Shown piece by piece: positions 52,845 to 63,063 of a DNA stretch of 64,000 bases. Each line of letters opens with the position of its first letter. Within the stretch, counting starts at the first letter, position 1. The stretch comes from Bacteroidales bacterium (GTDB lineage: Bacteria > Bacteroidota > Bacteroidia > Bacteroidales > UBA1402), in the NCBI GenBank assembly GCA_017446025.1, contig JAFSRR010000082.1, forward strand, positions 11,027 through 75,026, given 5' to 3'. Under the pieces are notes generated by a model, which saw nothing but the letters and a program-made list of their open reading frames with translations, was not told the DNA's origin and ran no database searches. Position numbers and translations under genes: made by a program.

Positions 52845-53672
52845 TTATTCTTTCGACGAGGCTTTTTCCACCAGCCGGGACGATCGTCGGACGGCGGCCG
52901 CCACAATCAGGATGCTGATCTCATAGAGGGCCCAGATGGGCAGCGACACCAGGGCCAGGGTGAAAGCATCGCCCGTGGGCGTGATGACGGCGGCAGCAAT
53001 GAGGATGATGACGATGGCGTAGCGGCGTTTCTCGCGCATAAAACCGGGACTGAGGAAACCCAGTCGGGCAAACAGCCAGCTGAGGACCGGCAGCTCGAAC
53101 ATCAGGCCCATCAGCAGCGACATGACCAGAAGCGCCTCCATATACGAGGCCAGGGTAATCATGTTGGGCACCTCCGCACTCACCTGATAGGTGGCCAGGA
53201 AACGGAAAGAGAACGGGAAAATGATGAAATAGTTGAGCAGCACGCCCAGGAAAAACAACAGGAAAGCCCAGATGAGCGCCGGAAAAGCATAATGTTTTTC
53301 ATTGACATACAAGGCCGGGGAGACAAAACGGAACAGTTCGAAGAGGATATAGGGCGAAACCACCACCGCACCGGCGGCAAAAGCCGCATACATATGGATG
53401 AAAAACTGCGACGTGAGCTGCGTGCTGATGAGTTGGGCCTGGAAAGCGCCGGCACCCAGGGAAGGCATCTGCCAGGCCTCCGAAAGACGGTTCATCAGGC
53501 GATAGAGCACAAAATCGCTGTGCTGGGGTGCCAGCAGGATTGTAAACAGACCCTCCTTGAAGTAAAATGCAACGATGCCGGCGACCAGCACGGCCGCCAG
53601 TATCCTCAACAACACTTTCCGGAGCTCGTCCAAATGGCTCCAGAAAGACATTTTCCCAGCAGTTTCCGACAT
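52845..53672 (-). CDS. tatC: Twin-arginine translocase subunit TatC
   Basis: HLDELR, FVSPALY.NE, FELP, AVITPTGD, LYEISI. Confidence 0.95.
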   Translation of the reverse strand: MSETAGKMSFWSHLDELRKVLLRILAAVLVAGIVAFYFKEGLFTILLAPQHSDFVLYRLMNRLSEAWQMPSLGAGAFQAQLISTQLTSQFFIHMYAAFAAGAVVVSPYILFELFRFVSPALYVNEKHYAFPALIWAFLLFFLGVLLNYFIIFPFSFRFLATYQVSAEVPNMITLASYMEALLVMSLLMGLMFELPVLSWLFARLGFLSPGFMREKRRYAIVIILIAAAVITPTGDAFTLALVSLPIWALYEISILIVAAAVRRSSRLVEKASSKE

Positions 53673-53697
53673 AGGGGAAATACGCTCGCAGGACAAG

Positions 53698-53931
53698 TTA
53701 TTCAGCCTTGCCGTCCGTTTCCTTAGGCGTTTCCTTGGATTCGGCCTTGTCAGCCGTCTTGGCCGTTTCCTGATCGGGGGTGTTCATTTCCTGCTTGAAG
53801 GATTTGATGCCCTTGCCCAGGCCTTTCATCAGTTCGGGCAGCTTGGCGGCGCCGAAAAACAGCAGGATCACCAGGGCGATGACGATGAGTTCACCCGTGC
53901 CGAGTCCCAACAGCAAAAAGAGATGTGACAT
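53698..53931 (-). CDS. tatA: Twin-arginine translocase subunit TatA
   Basis: ELIVI..LLFFG..KLPELMKGLGKGIKSFK. Confidence 0.95.
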   Translation of the reverse strand: MSHLFLLLGLGTGELIVIALVILLFFGAAKLPELMKGLGKGIKSFKQEMNTPDQETAKTADKAESKETPKETDGKAE

Positions 53932-53952
53932 GATCGCTTGTCGTTATGTGGT

Positions 53953-54891
53953 TCAACAATCTATTTTACGCTTCAGCCGTTGCTCCTGCTTGAATAGCAG
54001 CAAATCGGCCAGCATCTGCACTTGCGTCATCTCAAAACCGGCGCGACGGGCCTCCTCTATGGGATTGAGGTACATCGTTCGGATTTCCATCGGCCGGCCG
54101 GCATCGTAGTCCAGCTTCATGCTGGGCGCATAGGGCGTCATCTTTTCCGTCAGGTCGATCATGTGATCGATGAAGCCTGCCGGAATATCCGCCCCGCAAC
54201 AGGCCGCGGCCGCCACCACTTCCTGCATCAGGCCGATGACCAGCCGGCGGCTGTCCGGCTGGAAAGTCAGTTCGGCCGTAGTGGCGTTCAATGCCACCGT
54301 CAGGCCGTTGTACGGAATGTTCCAGACCAGCTTTTTCCAGCGCAACAGATGGGCGTCCATTTCCAGATGCACCCCGATGCCCGCCTGTCGGAGGTCTTCG
54401 ACAAGACCCGGCAACAAGGCGGTGGCATCCGTTTGGAAAGGGGCCAGGCTCAAGTCGCCGTAAGCGGCGTGATGGATATGTCCCGGCCCCACCTTGAAAG
54501 TGCAGATAAAAGCCGTGGCGGCCGCCAGGGCGACAGAAGGCAAGGCAGCAGAGAGTTCCTGCTCCATGTCCAGGCCGTTCTGGATCAGCACCACCAGGCT
54601 CTTTTTGTGCAGCAAAGGAGGCAGCATCTCCCCCAGCCTGTCGTTACCGGTGGTCTTCATGCAGACCAGCACGATATCGCAGACAGGCATGTCACGGGTG
54701 TCGGCATAGGCATGGACCGGGAACAGATGGAAATCACCGCCTACGGAATCCACCCTCAGGCCGTCCTTTTTGACCGTTTCGTAATCACTGCGCAGCAGAA
54801 AGTGAACCTCCTGCCCGCTCTGTGCCAAACGGCCGCCATAATAGCCGCCTATACCGCCCGTACCGAGGATTGCGTACCTACGATTTGCCAT
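53953..54891 (-). CDS. panE: 2-dehydropantoate 2-reductase (putative)
   Basis: GTGGIGGYYG, QNGL, WKKLVWN, PSMKLD..GRPME. Confidence 0.85.
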   Translation of the reverse strand: MANRRYAILGTGGIGGYYGGRLAQSGQEVHFLLRSDYETVKKDGLRVDSVGGDFHLFPVHAYADTRDMPVCDIVLVCMKTTGNDRLGEMLPPLLHKKSLVVLIQNGLDMEQELSAALPSVALAAATAFICTFKVGPGHIHHAAYGDLSLAPFQTDATALLPGLVEDLRQAGIGVHLEMDAHLLRWKKLVWNIPYNGLTVALNATTAELTFQPDSRRLVIGLMQEVVAAAACCGADIPAGFIDHMIDLTEKMTPYAPSMKLDYDAGRPMEIRTMYLNPIEEARRAGFEMTQVQMLADLLLFKQEQRLKRKIDC

Positions 54892-54907
54892 GAAACTGCA
54901 GAGCAGA

Positions 54908-56929
54908 TTATTTAGCCAGCATGGCCTTTACCTGCTCATAGACATTCTGGCCGTTGAAGCCGAGCTTCTCGTCGAGCACCTTGTAGGGAGCCGAGAAACC
55001 GAAGCTTTCCAGACCGAAAATCTTGCCGTCGCTGCCGACCAGGCCCTGCAGGTTGACAGGCAGACCGGCCGTCATGCCGAATTTCTTGACACCGGCGGGC
55101 AGCACCTGCTGCTGATAGGCTTCGCTCTGGCTGCGGAACAGGCCTTCGGAAGGCACATTGACGATGCTGATCTTCAGACCGTCGGCACGCAGCAGCTCGG
55201 CACCGGCCACCAGCGTGGCCACTTCCGAACCGGAAGCCACCAAAATGACATCGGGATGGGCATCCGAGCCGGCGATGATGTAACCGCCCTTGGCAGCCTG
55301 CTCATAATCCGTACCGGCAGGCAGCAGCGTGATGTTCTGACGCGAGAAGATCAATGCGGTCGGCGTGTCGTTGTTCTCCATGGCCAGCTTCCAGCAGACC
55401 GTGGTTTCTTCGGCATCGGCCGGACGCAGCACCAGCATGGAGTTGCGGCCGCGGTGGTTTTTGAGTTTTTCCATCAGGCGGATCTGGGCTTCCTGCTCCA
55501 CGGGTTCGTGGGTCGGACCGTCCTCACCGACGCGGAAGGCATCGTGGGTCCAGATGAACTTCACGGGAAGTTCCATCAAGGCAGCCATACGGACAGCGGG
55601 TTTCATGTAGTCGGAGAAGACAAAGAAGGTGCCGCAGGCGGGAATCACGCCGCCGTGCAGGGCCATGCCGATGCAGCAGCAAGCCATGGTGAGCTCGGCT
55701 ACGCCAGCCTGGAAGAAAGCGCCCGAGAAATCGCCCTTCTGGAAGGCGGTGGTCTTCTTCAGGAAACCGTCGGTCTTGTCCGAGTTGGACAGATCGGCCG
55801 AAGCGCAGATCATATTGGGCACCTGTTCGGCCAGGACGCTCAGAACGGCAGCCGAAGCGTTGCGGGTGGCATCGTTGGCCTTCTGCTGGACAGCCTTCCA
55901 ATCGACCTTCGGGGTCTTGCCAGCCAACCAGTCCTTCAACTGGGCAGCCTTGTCTGCATTGGCGGCAGCCCAGGCCTTTTCTTCAGCATAGCGTTCGGCG
56001 GCAATCTTCTTCAACTCTTCGGCACGCTTGGCATACAAGGCCTTGACATCGTCGAAGATGACAAAAGCGTTGTCGGGATCGCCACCCAGGTTCTTGACCG
56101 TGTTGCGATAAGCCTCACCGCCCAGGGGCGCGCCATGGGTCTTGCAGTTGCGCTCATAGGAGGTGTTGTCTTCCTTGCGGGCGCCCTTGCCCATGATGCA
56201 CTTGCCGATGATCAGGGTCGGACGGGCCTTCTCCTGCTGGGCCGCTTCGATGGCCTGGCGGATCTGCTGGCAGTCGTTACCGTTGATCTCAATCACGTTC
56301 CAGCCCCAGGCACGGTACTTCATGGCCGTGTTCTCGCTCATGACGGCAGCGCATTCGGTCGACAGCTGGATGTCGTTCGAGTCGTAGAACATGATCAGGT
56401 TGTCCAGGCCCAGGTGACCGGCGATACGGCCGGCGCCCTGAGAGATTTCCTCTTCGACGCCGCCGTCGGAGATATAGGCATAGATGGTCTCCTTGGCGAA
56501 AGTCGGGTTGCCCGTGCGGGCAGCCAGGAACTTGGCGGCGATGGCGGCACCCACGGCATAGGCGTGGCCCTGGCCCAGCGGGCCGGAAGTGTTCTCGATA
56601 CCGCGGACAATATTGCGTTCAGGATGACCGGCCGTCGGCGAACCCCACTGGCGCAGCTGTTGCAGTTCATCGAGCGTGAATTTGCCGATCAGCGACAGCT
56701 GGGCGTAGAGCATCGGAGCCATGTGGCCAGGATCCAGGAAGAAACGGTCACGACCTGCCCAGGCAGGATTCTCGGGATCGTACTGGAGATATTCTGAATA
56801 AAGGACATTGATGAAATCGGCTCCGCCCATGGCACCGCCCGGATGACCCGATTTGGCTTTTTCCACCATCGAAGCAGCCAGGATACGGATATTGTCGGCT
56901 GCCCGATTCATTAATTTGACATCGTTCAT
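54908..56929 (-). CDS. tkt: Transketolase
   Basis: SGHPGGAMG, SGPLGQG, SDG...N TPP motif, SADL, VGEDGPTHEP. Confidence 0.97.
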   Translation of the reverse strand: MNDVKLMNRAADNIRILAASMVEKAKSGHPGGAMGGADFINVLYSEYLQYDPENPAWAGRDRFFLDPGHMAPMLYAQLSLIGKFTLDELQQLRQWGSPTAGHPERNIVRGIENTSGPLGQGHAYAVGAAIAAKFLAARTGNPTFAKETIYAYISDGGVEEEISQGAGRIAGHLGLDNLIMFYDSNDIQLSTECAAVMSENTAMKYRAWGWNVIEINGNDCQQIRQAIEAAQQEKARPTLIIGKCIMGKGARKEDNTSYERNCKTHGAPLGGEAYRNTVKNLGGDPDNAFVIFDDVKALYAKRAEELKKIAAERYAEEKAWAAANADKAAQLKDWLAGKTPKVDWKAVQQKANDATRNASAAVLSVLAEQVPNMICASADLSNSDKTDGFLKKTTAFQKGDFSGAFFQAGVAELTMACCCIGMALHGGVIPACGTFFVFSDYMKPAVRMAALMELPVKFIWTHDAFRVGEDGPTHEPVEQEAQIRLMEKLKNHRGRNSMLVLRPADAEETTVCWKLAMENNDTPTALIFSRQNITLLPAGTDYEQAAKGGYIIAGSDAHPDVILVASGSEVATLVAGAELLRADGLKISIVNVPSEGLFRSQSEAYQQQVLPAGVKKFGMTAGLPVNLQGLVGSDGKIFGLESFGFSAPYKVLDEKLGFNGQNVYEQVKAMLAK

Positions 56930-56968
56930 GTTACGTGTGATTTGAATATTGTAAGTGATTGTTATCTG

Positions 56969-58558
56969 CTATTTCTTGAACTCCACGGAAATCTTCTCGA
57001 TGGGAAGACTGTCGAGATAGTTCTTCATATAGACGTTGAAACCGGCCACATCCTCGGGATCGGGATCCACGGCCACCCCTTCATTGCCGGCGAATACCAC
57101 ATTATCCAGATAGTCGGGCAGGCTGAGGTGTTGTTTGTTGTTGACCACGAAACCGGCCAGCAGGGCGATACCCCAGGCACCCCCCTCACCTGCCGTCTCC
57201 ATGACGGAAATCGGCGTGTTCAGGGCAGCCGCCAGCATGCGCTGACCCACCTTGGGCGTGGTGAAATAACCGCCGTGACCCGTGAGCCGGTCCACTTTGA
57301 CCTTTTCTTCGTTCAAGAGGATGTCGTTGCCGATCTTCAGGACACAGATGGCACCATAGAGATGGGCACGCATGAAATTGGCCAGGTTGAATTTGTCATT
57401 GGCCGAGCGGACAAAGAGCGGACGGCCGTCGGACGTACCGGTGATGGGTTCACCCGAAACATAGTTGTACGACACGATACCGCCGCAGTCGGCATCACCC
57501 GTCAGGGCTGCATTGAACAAGTTGCAATACAACTCATAGGTGCTCAACTTGATACCCAGCAGTTCCTGGTATTCCTTGAACAGACCCACCCAGGCATTGA
57601 TGTCGGAGGTGCAGTTGTTGCAGTGCACCATGGCCACCAGGCTGCCGTCGGGAGTCGTTACCATATCGATCATTTCATAGGGGCGAGACAGTTCCTTTTC
57701 CAATACGATCATCGAGAAGGAAGAGGTACCGGCCGAGACATTGCCCGTGCGCTGCTTGACGGCATTGGTAGCCACCATGCCCGTACCGGCGTCGCCTTCG
57801 GGCGGACAGAAAGGAATGCCGGGTTTCAGATGGCCTGAGGCATCGAGCAGACGGGCACCTTCGGGTGTCAGGCTGCCGGCGTTCTCACCAGCCACCAGCA
57901 CCTCGGGCAAAATGTCGGAGAGTTTCCAGGCATAGCCCTTGGGAGCCACCAGTTTGTCGAACTTCTCGACCATCACCTTGTCGTAGTCACAGGTCTTGGG
58001 ATCCACGGGGATCATACCCGAGGCATCGCCTACGCCCAGCACCTTGCGGCCTGTCAGCTGCCAGTGGATGTAACCGGCCAGCGTAGTCAGAAAATCGATC
58101 TCAGGCACGTGTTTCTCCCCGTTGAGGATGGCCTGATACAGATGCGAGATACTCCAGCGCAGCGGAATGTTGTACTTGAAGAGCTTGGACAGGGCGGCAG
58201 CGGCGGCAGCAGTATTCGTGTTGCGCCAAGTGCGGAACTCTGCCAGCATCTCGTTGCCCTTGAAAGGCATGTAGCCGTGCATCATGGCACTGACGCCGAT
58301 GGCGGCCAGCGACTCGATTTCCACACCATACTGTTCGAGCACGTGCTTGCGCAGGTCGGCATAGCAACCCTGCAAACCACCCCGGATATCCTCCAGGCTG
58401 TAGGTCCACAGACCGTTCACCAATTTGTTTTCCCAGTTGTGGCTGCCCTGGGCGATGGGCTTGTTGTCGGGGTCGATCAAGACCGCCTTGATACGGGTCG
58501 AACCGAATTCGATACCCAAAACGGCCTGGCCGTTGGCAATAATTGTTTTAGCGTCCAT
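56969..58558 (-). CDS. araB: FGGY carbohydrate kinase, L-ribulokinase by context
   Basis: GIEFGSTRIK, SAMMHG, PEGDAGTG, SAGTS, GHGG, EGGAWG; follows araA. Confidence 0.85.
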   Translation of the reverse strand: MDAKTIIANGQAVLGIEFGSTRIKAVLIDPDNKPIAQGSHNWENKLVNGLWTYSLEDIRGGLQGCYADLRKHVLEQYGVEIESLAAIGVSAMMHGYMPFKGNEMLAEFRTWRNTNTAAAAAALSKLFKYNIPLRWSISHLYQAILNGEKHVPEIDFLTTLAGYIHWQLTGRKVLGVGDASGMIPVDPKTCDYDKVMVEKFDKLVAPKGYAWKLSDILPEVLVAGENAGSLTPEGARLLDASGHLKPGIPFCPPEGDAGTGMVATNAVKQRTGNVSAGTSSFSMIVLEKELSRPYEMIDMVTTPDGSLVAMVHCNNCTSDINAWVGLFKEYQELLGIKLSTYELYCNLFNAALTGDADCGGIVSYNYVSGEPITGTSDGRPLFVRSANDKFNLANFMRAHLYGAICVLKIGNDILLNEEKVKVDRLTGHGGYFTTPKVGQRMLAAALNTPISVMETAGEGGAWGIALLAGFVVNNKQHLSLPDYLDNVVFAGNEGVAVDPDPEDVAGFNVYMKNYLDSLPIEKISVEFKK

Positions 58559-58566
58559 ATTGTGAT

Positions 58567-60105
58567 TTATTTAAGGGCTTTGTTCAACATATAATAGACT
58601 TCGTTGTTGCGAAGCGTCTGCTTGAAGTCGGCCGTGGTGGTCTGCTTGTTGATGCGGACATACTCGATGCCGAGGATTTCAGCAAAGTCTTCCCAATATT
58701 CTTCCGTGATGTCGTAGGAGAAGGCGCTGTGGTGCGTGCCACCGGCCAGGATCCAGGCACCGGCCCCGATCTCAAATGTAGGCTGCGGCACCCACAGGGC
58801 ACTGGCCACCGGCAGTTTGGGCATGGGCTTGGGCTCGATGCACTCCACTTCCTGCGAAATCAGACGGAAACGGTTGCCCAGATCCACCACGGTCGCCTTG
58901 ATGCCGTGGCCCACCTTGGAGGTGAAGACCAGGCGGGCGGTCTGCTGCTTGCGGATGCCGATGCCCAGGAAATGGACTTCCAGTTTGGGTTTGTCCACTG
59001 CAATCAGCGGGCAGATTTCCAGCATGTGGCTCTGCAGGCATGACGAGCGGTCGCCGGCGAAGTTGAGCGTGTAGTCCTCCAGGAAGGAGCAGCCGGTAGG
59101 CATCCCCTGCTGCATGACCCAGAGCGTGCGATACAGGCAGGCCGTCTTCCAGTCGCCTTCGGCACCGAAACCGATACCCTCGGCCATCAGGCGCTGCGAG
59201 GCCAGGCCGGGAATCTGGTCGAATCCGACGAAGTTCGGGTCGTTGATGTCGGCATCACCCAGGTCGTCGAAATTGGTGGTGAAAGCCGTGGCACCCTCGT
59301 CCTTCAAAACGCGGCGCAGGGCAATCTCGGCCTTGGCGGCGTTGTGCACCTTTTCCCAGTAAACCTTTTCGCCACTCTCATCGATCTTGACGGTGTACTC
59401 CTTTTTATATTGTGCCACCAAAGCGTCGGCTTCGGCATCGGTCACCTTCTTGAAATAATCCATCAGGGAGCTGACGGGATAATAGTCCACATGATAGCCC
59501 AGGCGCTGTTCGAATTCCACGCGGTCGCCATCGGTCACGGCCACATTGTTCATGTTCATGCCAAACATCAGGCAACGCACATTGTGGGCATCGGCCACGC
59601 CGGCGCAAACACGGGCCCAGACAGCGATTTTCTGCTGTACGTCGGCATTCTTCCAATAACCGCAGACCACCTTGCGGGCCACGCGCATACGAGTGCAGAT
59701 ATGACCGAACTCGATGTCGCCGTGGGCGCTCTGGTTGAGATTCATGAAGTCCATGTCGATCTCGTTCCAGGGAATCTCGGCGTTGTACTGGGTGTGGAAA
59801 TGCAGCAGGGGTTTGTGCAAAGCCTGCAGCCCCTTGATCCACATCTTGGCCGGAGAGAAAGTGTGCATCCAGGTGATGATGCCGATACACTTCTCCTCGT
59901 TGTTGGCGGCTTTCATCACAGCTTCCACTTCCTGGCTGCTGTTGGCCGTACCTTTATATACTATCTTCACAGGAATGATGCCGGAACGGTTTAGATTCTC
60001 GACCATTTCCTTGGAGTGTCCGTCCACAGAGACGACAGCATCACCTCCGTACAAAAGCTGTGCACCGGTGATCCACCAGATTTCCAATTTGTCAAATGCA
60101 CTCAT
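58567..60105 (-). CDS. araA: L-arabinose isomerase
   Basis: Start reassigned to MSAFDK; WMHTFSPAKMW, NLNQSAHGD, GFGAEGDWK, SFLEDY, HMLE, GG.HH. Confidence 0.96.
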   Translation of the reverse strand: MSAFDKLEIWWITGAQLLYGGDAVVSVDGHSKEMVENLNRSGIIPVKIVYKGTANSSQEVEAVMKAANNEEKCIGIITWMHTFSPAKMWIKGLQALHKPLLHFHTQYNAEIPWNEIDMDFMNLNQSAHGDIEFGHICTRMRVARKVVCGYWKNADVQQKIAVWARVCAGVADAHNVRCLMFGMNMNNVAVTDGDRVEFEQRLGYHVDYYPVSSLMDYFKKVTDAEADALVAQYKKEYTVKIDESGEKVYWEKVHNAAKAEIALRRVLKDEGATAFTTNFDDLGDADINDPNFVGFDQIPGLASQRLMAEGIGFGAEGDWKTACLYRTLWVMQQGMPTGCSFLEDYTLNFAGDRSSCLQSHMLEICPLIAVDKPKLEVHFLGIGIRKQQTARLVFTSKVGHGIKATVVDLGNRFRLISQEVECIEPKPMPKLPVASALWVPQPTFEIGAGAWILAGGTHHSAFSYDITEEYWEDFAEILGIEYVRINKQTTTADFKQTLRNNEVYYMLNKALK

Positions 60106-60130
60106 AATTATTTGGTTTTTAGTTGATTGC

Positions 60131-60829
60131 TTAATGTTTTTGTCCCTTCTGGCCATAGTAGGCATTCGGACCGTGCTTGCGCATGTAATGCTTTTCGATG
60201 AGCAGCGGATTCATCGTCGTGTGAGGATTTACGCTGTAGGAGATGAAGGCCATCTTGGCGCACTGCTCCATAACCTTGGCATTGTAGACAGCGTTGTCGG
60301 GCGAGGTGCCCCAACTGAAGGGACCGTGGTTCTTGACCAGCACGCCGGGCGTATGGTCGGGATTGATATCGCGGAAAGCCTCGACAATGACATTGCCCGT
60401 CTCCTCCTCGTAACGGGCCATCTCCTCGGCGCGCATGTCACGCGTACAGGGGATGTCCTTGTAAAAATAGTCGGCGTGGGTCGTCCCGATGTTGGCAATG
60501 GGCCTGCCGGCCTGGGCAAAGGCCGTGGCGTAGGTCGAATGCGTGTGGACGATGCCGCCGATGTTTGGGAAGGCCCGATACAGGACCAGATGGGTGGGTG
60601 TGTCGGACGAAGGGTTCAGACTTCCCTCCACCACCCGGCCTGTGGCCAGATCAACGACCACCATGTCGTCGGGCTTCATATGGTCATAGCTCACGCCACT
60701 GGGTTTGATCACCACCAGGCCCTTTTCCCGGTCGATGCCCGAGACGTTGCCCCAAGTGAAGATCACCAGTCCCTGACGCACCAGGTCAAGGTTGGCTTGG
60801 CAGACCTTTGCTTTCAATTCTTCCAGCAT
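60131..60829 (-). CDS. araD: L-ribulose-5-phosphate 4-epimerase
   Basis: [41 protein letters not shown]. Confidence 0.97.
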   Translation of the reverse strand: MLEELKAKVCQANLDLVRQGLVIFTWGNVSGIDREKGLVVIKPSGVSYDHMKPDDMVVVDLATGRVVEGSLNPSSDTPTHLVLYRAFPNIGGIVHTHSTYATAFAQAGRPIANIGTTHADYFYKDIPCTRDMRAEEMARYEEETGNVIVEAFRDINPDHTPGVLVKNHGPFSWGTSPDNAVYNAKVMEQCAKMAFISYSVNPHTTMNPLLIEKHYMRKHGPNAYYGQKGQKH

Positions 60830-60846
60830 ATTACTCGTTATTACCA

Positions 60847-61060
60847 GTGAAATAAGCTACTATGCTCTCCAGACTACGGACCCTGCGGGTCCTATCCCTC
60901 CCAAAGCAAGCTTTGGGCCCCTCCCATTCTGGGCTGTGCCCAAGAACTCCTTTTCGCTCGAATGAGCAAAAGAGTTTTGCTCCTTGCTCGCTCTCGCGTC
61001 GTTCCACGACTGCGTGGGCGCAGACGGTCTGGAGAGCATAGTAGCTTATTTCATAGTTAT
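60847..61060. mobile_element. MITE-like / structured palindromic intergenic element
   Basis: Perfect 27-bp inverted repeat TGAAATAAGCTACTATGCTCTCCAGAC (60848-60874 / 61027-61053), several internal hairpins, flanking 9-bp direct repeat TTATTACCA (60838-60846, 61061-61069); no transposase. Confidence 0.65.
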
Positions 61061-61063
61061 TTA

Positions 61064-63040
61064 TTACCACAGTGCTACGTAAAGGACCGTCAAAATGACA
61101 ATGATACAGATAGCACCGATATTGAAACCTCTGTCCGTATGGAACAGATCCAGGTCGACCTCGACAGCCTTCGGATCCTGGACTTTGTCCTTAGCATTGG
61201 ATCTCAGATAGATACCCAATACCACCAGCATGGCGGCCAGGAAGAACATTGCCTCGAAACCGTAGAACTGCAGCACGGCCAGGTGACCGCCGCACCACCA
61301 GGCAATCTTGGCGACCAGAGCGGCAGCAGCCACGACAATACCGCTCCACAGCAGGATGCGGCTCCAGAACATCTGACGGCTGACCGTGCGGGCATCCATT
61401 TCGGCAGCCTTGACCGTATTCTTGCTCAGCAAGGAAATCGGGATGAACATAGCCACCAGGACCATGAAGACATAACCCATGCGGAGCAGGAAGGGCGTAT
61501 TCGGCATAATGAACTTGAAGAGGATGCTGAAGACGAAGGTACCCAGGGCGGCAGCAATGGCAGCCGGACCCGAAGAACGCTTCCACAGCAGACCCAGACC
61601 GAAGATGACCACGATACCCGGATAAACGAAACCGGAATATTCCTGGATGATCTGGAAGGCCTGATCGGCGCCGCCCATGATGGGATAAACGGCCAACAGG
61701 GCAATGATCAAGGCAACCAGGGAGGTCAGACGACCCGTCTTGACCAGGTTGCGCTCGCTGGCGCCCTTGTGGAGGAACTTCTTATAGACATCCATCGTGA
61801 AGATGGTCGAAGTCGAGTTGAACATCGAAGCCAGCGACGAGATGACGGCGGCCGTCAGGGCGGCAAACGAAAGGCCCTTGACAAAGACCGGCGTGAAGTT
61901 GCGGATCAGGAAAGGATAGGCATCGTCCGAACGCGTGATGGCACCGGCCAGGTCGATCTTGCTGTGCAGCTCGGGATCGTTCCAGATGAGGTAGGCGCAG
62001 ACACCGGGGATACAAACGATGAACGGAATCAAAATCTTCAGGAAGGCGGCGAAAATCAAACCTTTCTTGGCTTCGCCCAGGTTCTTGGCAGCCAGACCCT
62101 TCTGGATGATGTACTGGTTGAAGCCCCAGTAACCGGTGTTGGTCAGCCACAAGGCACCCACGATGACCACGATACCCGGAATGGTAAAATAAGGATCAGG
62201 GGCCTGGGTAGCCGTACCCTGCAGCACAGGATAGAGATCCATGTTGCGCTCGACCACCAGATGGAAGTGCGTGTCACCCGGCACGGAAGACAGTTTCTGG
62301 AAGACCACCGACAAAGCGTCCAAGGCACCGCTGGCCCCGACATGGGGCGCAATGACTGCCAGGGCGGCATAGGCCGTAATCAGACCGCCACCCACCAGGA
62401 AGGTCACCTGCAGCACATCGGTCCAGGCCACAGAAGCCAGACCGCCATAGATGGAATAGATACCGGCGATGACGAACAGGGCGATGATGATGAACAACGT
62501 CACATAATCCACCTGCATGCCCAGGAACATGCCGTGGATGGTCGGCAGGCCCAGGATCTGCTTGATGGCCAGGGCACCCAACCAGGAAACAGAAGTCAGG
62601 TTGATAAACACGTAGAGGAAAAGCCAGAAAATGGAGAATGCCAGGCCTACCCCATTGTTGTAACGTTCACTCAGGAACTGGGGAATGGTGAAGATCTTGC
62701 GCTTGATCATCACCGGCAGCAGGAACTTGGCCACCAGGATCAGCGTGGCGGCAGCCATCAGCTCGTAAGCAGCGATGGCGATACCCGAAGCATAAGCCGA
62801 TCCCGACATGCCGATAAACTGCTCGGCCGAGATGTTGGCGGCAATCAAAGAAGCACCGACGGCCCACCAAGTCAGGGTATTACCTGCCAGGAAATAGTCG
62901 TTCGAACTTTTTTCTTCTCCCTTTTTGTTGCGGGACAGGAAGAGACCCAGACTGACGAGCACCACCAGATAGACCGCGAAGACAATGTAGTCCACAGTCG
63001 CAAACCCGTTGGCACTCAGGCTTTCAAGAATTTGGTTCAT
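61064..63040 (-). CDS. araP: Sodium:solute symporter (SSS), arabinose permease by context
   Basis: DYFLAG, ASLIAANISAEQFIGMSG, TIPQFL.ERY, GGL.SVAWTD, NQYIIQ, NS.STIFTMD; lies between araM and araD. Confidence 0.88.
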   Translation of the reverse strand: MNQILESLSANGFATVDYIVFAVYLVVLVSLGLFLSRNKKGEEKSSNDYFLAGNTLTWWAVGASLIAANISAEQFIGMSGSAYASGIAIAAYELMAAATLILVAKFLLPVMIKRKIFTIPQFLSERYNNGVGLAFSIFWLFLYVFINLTSVSWLGALAIKQILGLPTIHGMFLGMQVDYVTLFIIIALFVIAGIYSIYGGLASVAWTDVLQVTFLVGGGLITAYAALAVIAPHVGASGALDALSVVFQKLSSVPGDTHFHLVVERNMDLYPVLQGTATQAPDPYFTIPGIVVIVGALWLTNTGYWGFNQYIIQKGLAAKNLGEAKKGLIFAAFLKILIPFIVCIPGVCAYLIWNDPELHSKIDLAGAITRSDDAYPFLIRNFTPVFVKGLSFAALTAAVISSLASMFNSTSTIFTMDVYKKFLHKGASERNLVKTGRLTSLVALIIALLAVYPIMGGADQAFQIIQEYSGFVYPGIVVIFGLGLLWKRSSGPAAIAAALGTFVFSILFKFIMPNTPFLLRMGYVFMVLVAMFIPISLLSKNTVKAAEMDARTVSRQMFWSRILLWSGIVVAAAALVAKIAWWCGGHLAVLQFYGFEAMFFLAAMLVVLGIYLRSNAKDKVQDPKAVEVDLDLFHTDRGFNIGAICIIVILTVLYVALW

Positions 63041-63063
63041 CGTAGTTGATATTTCTCTGTTGA

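Noticed and set aside
60831-61070. 79-aa ORF across the palindromic element
   Set aside because: No recognisable motif, non-ATG start overlapping the araP stop, and the sequence is better explained by secondary structure
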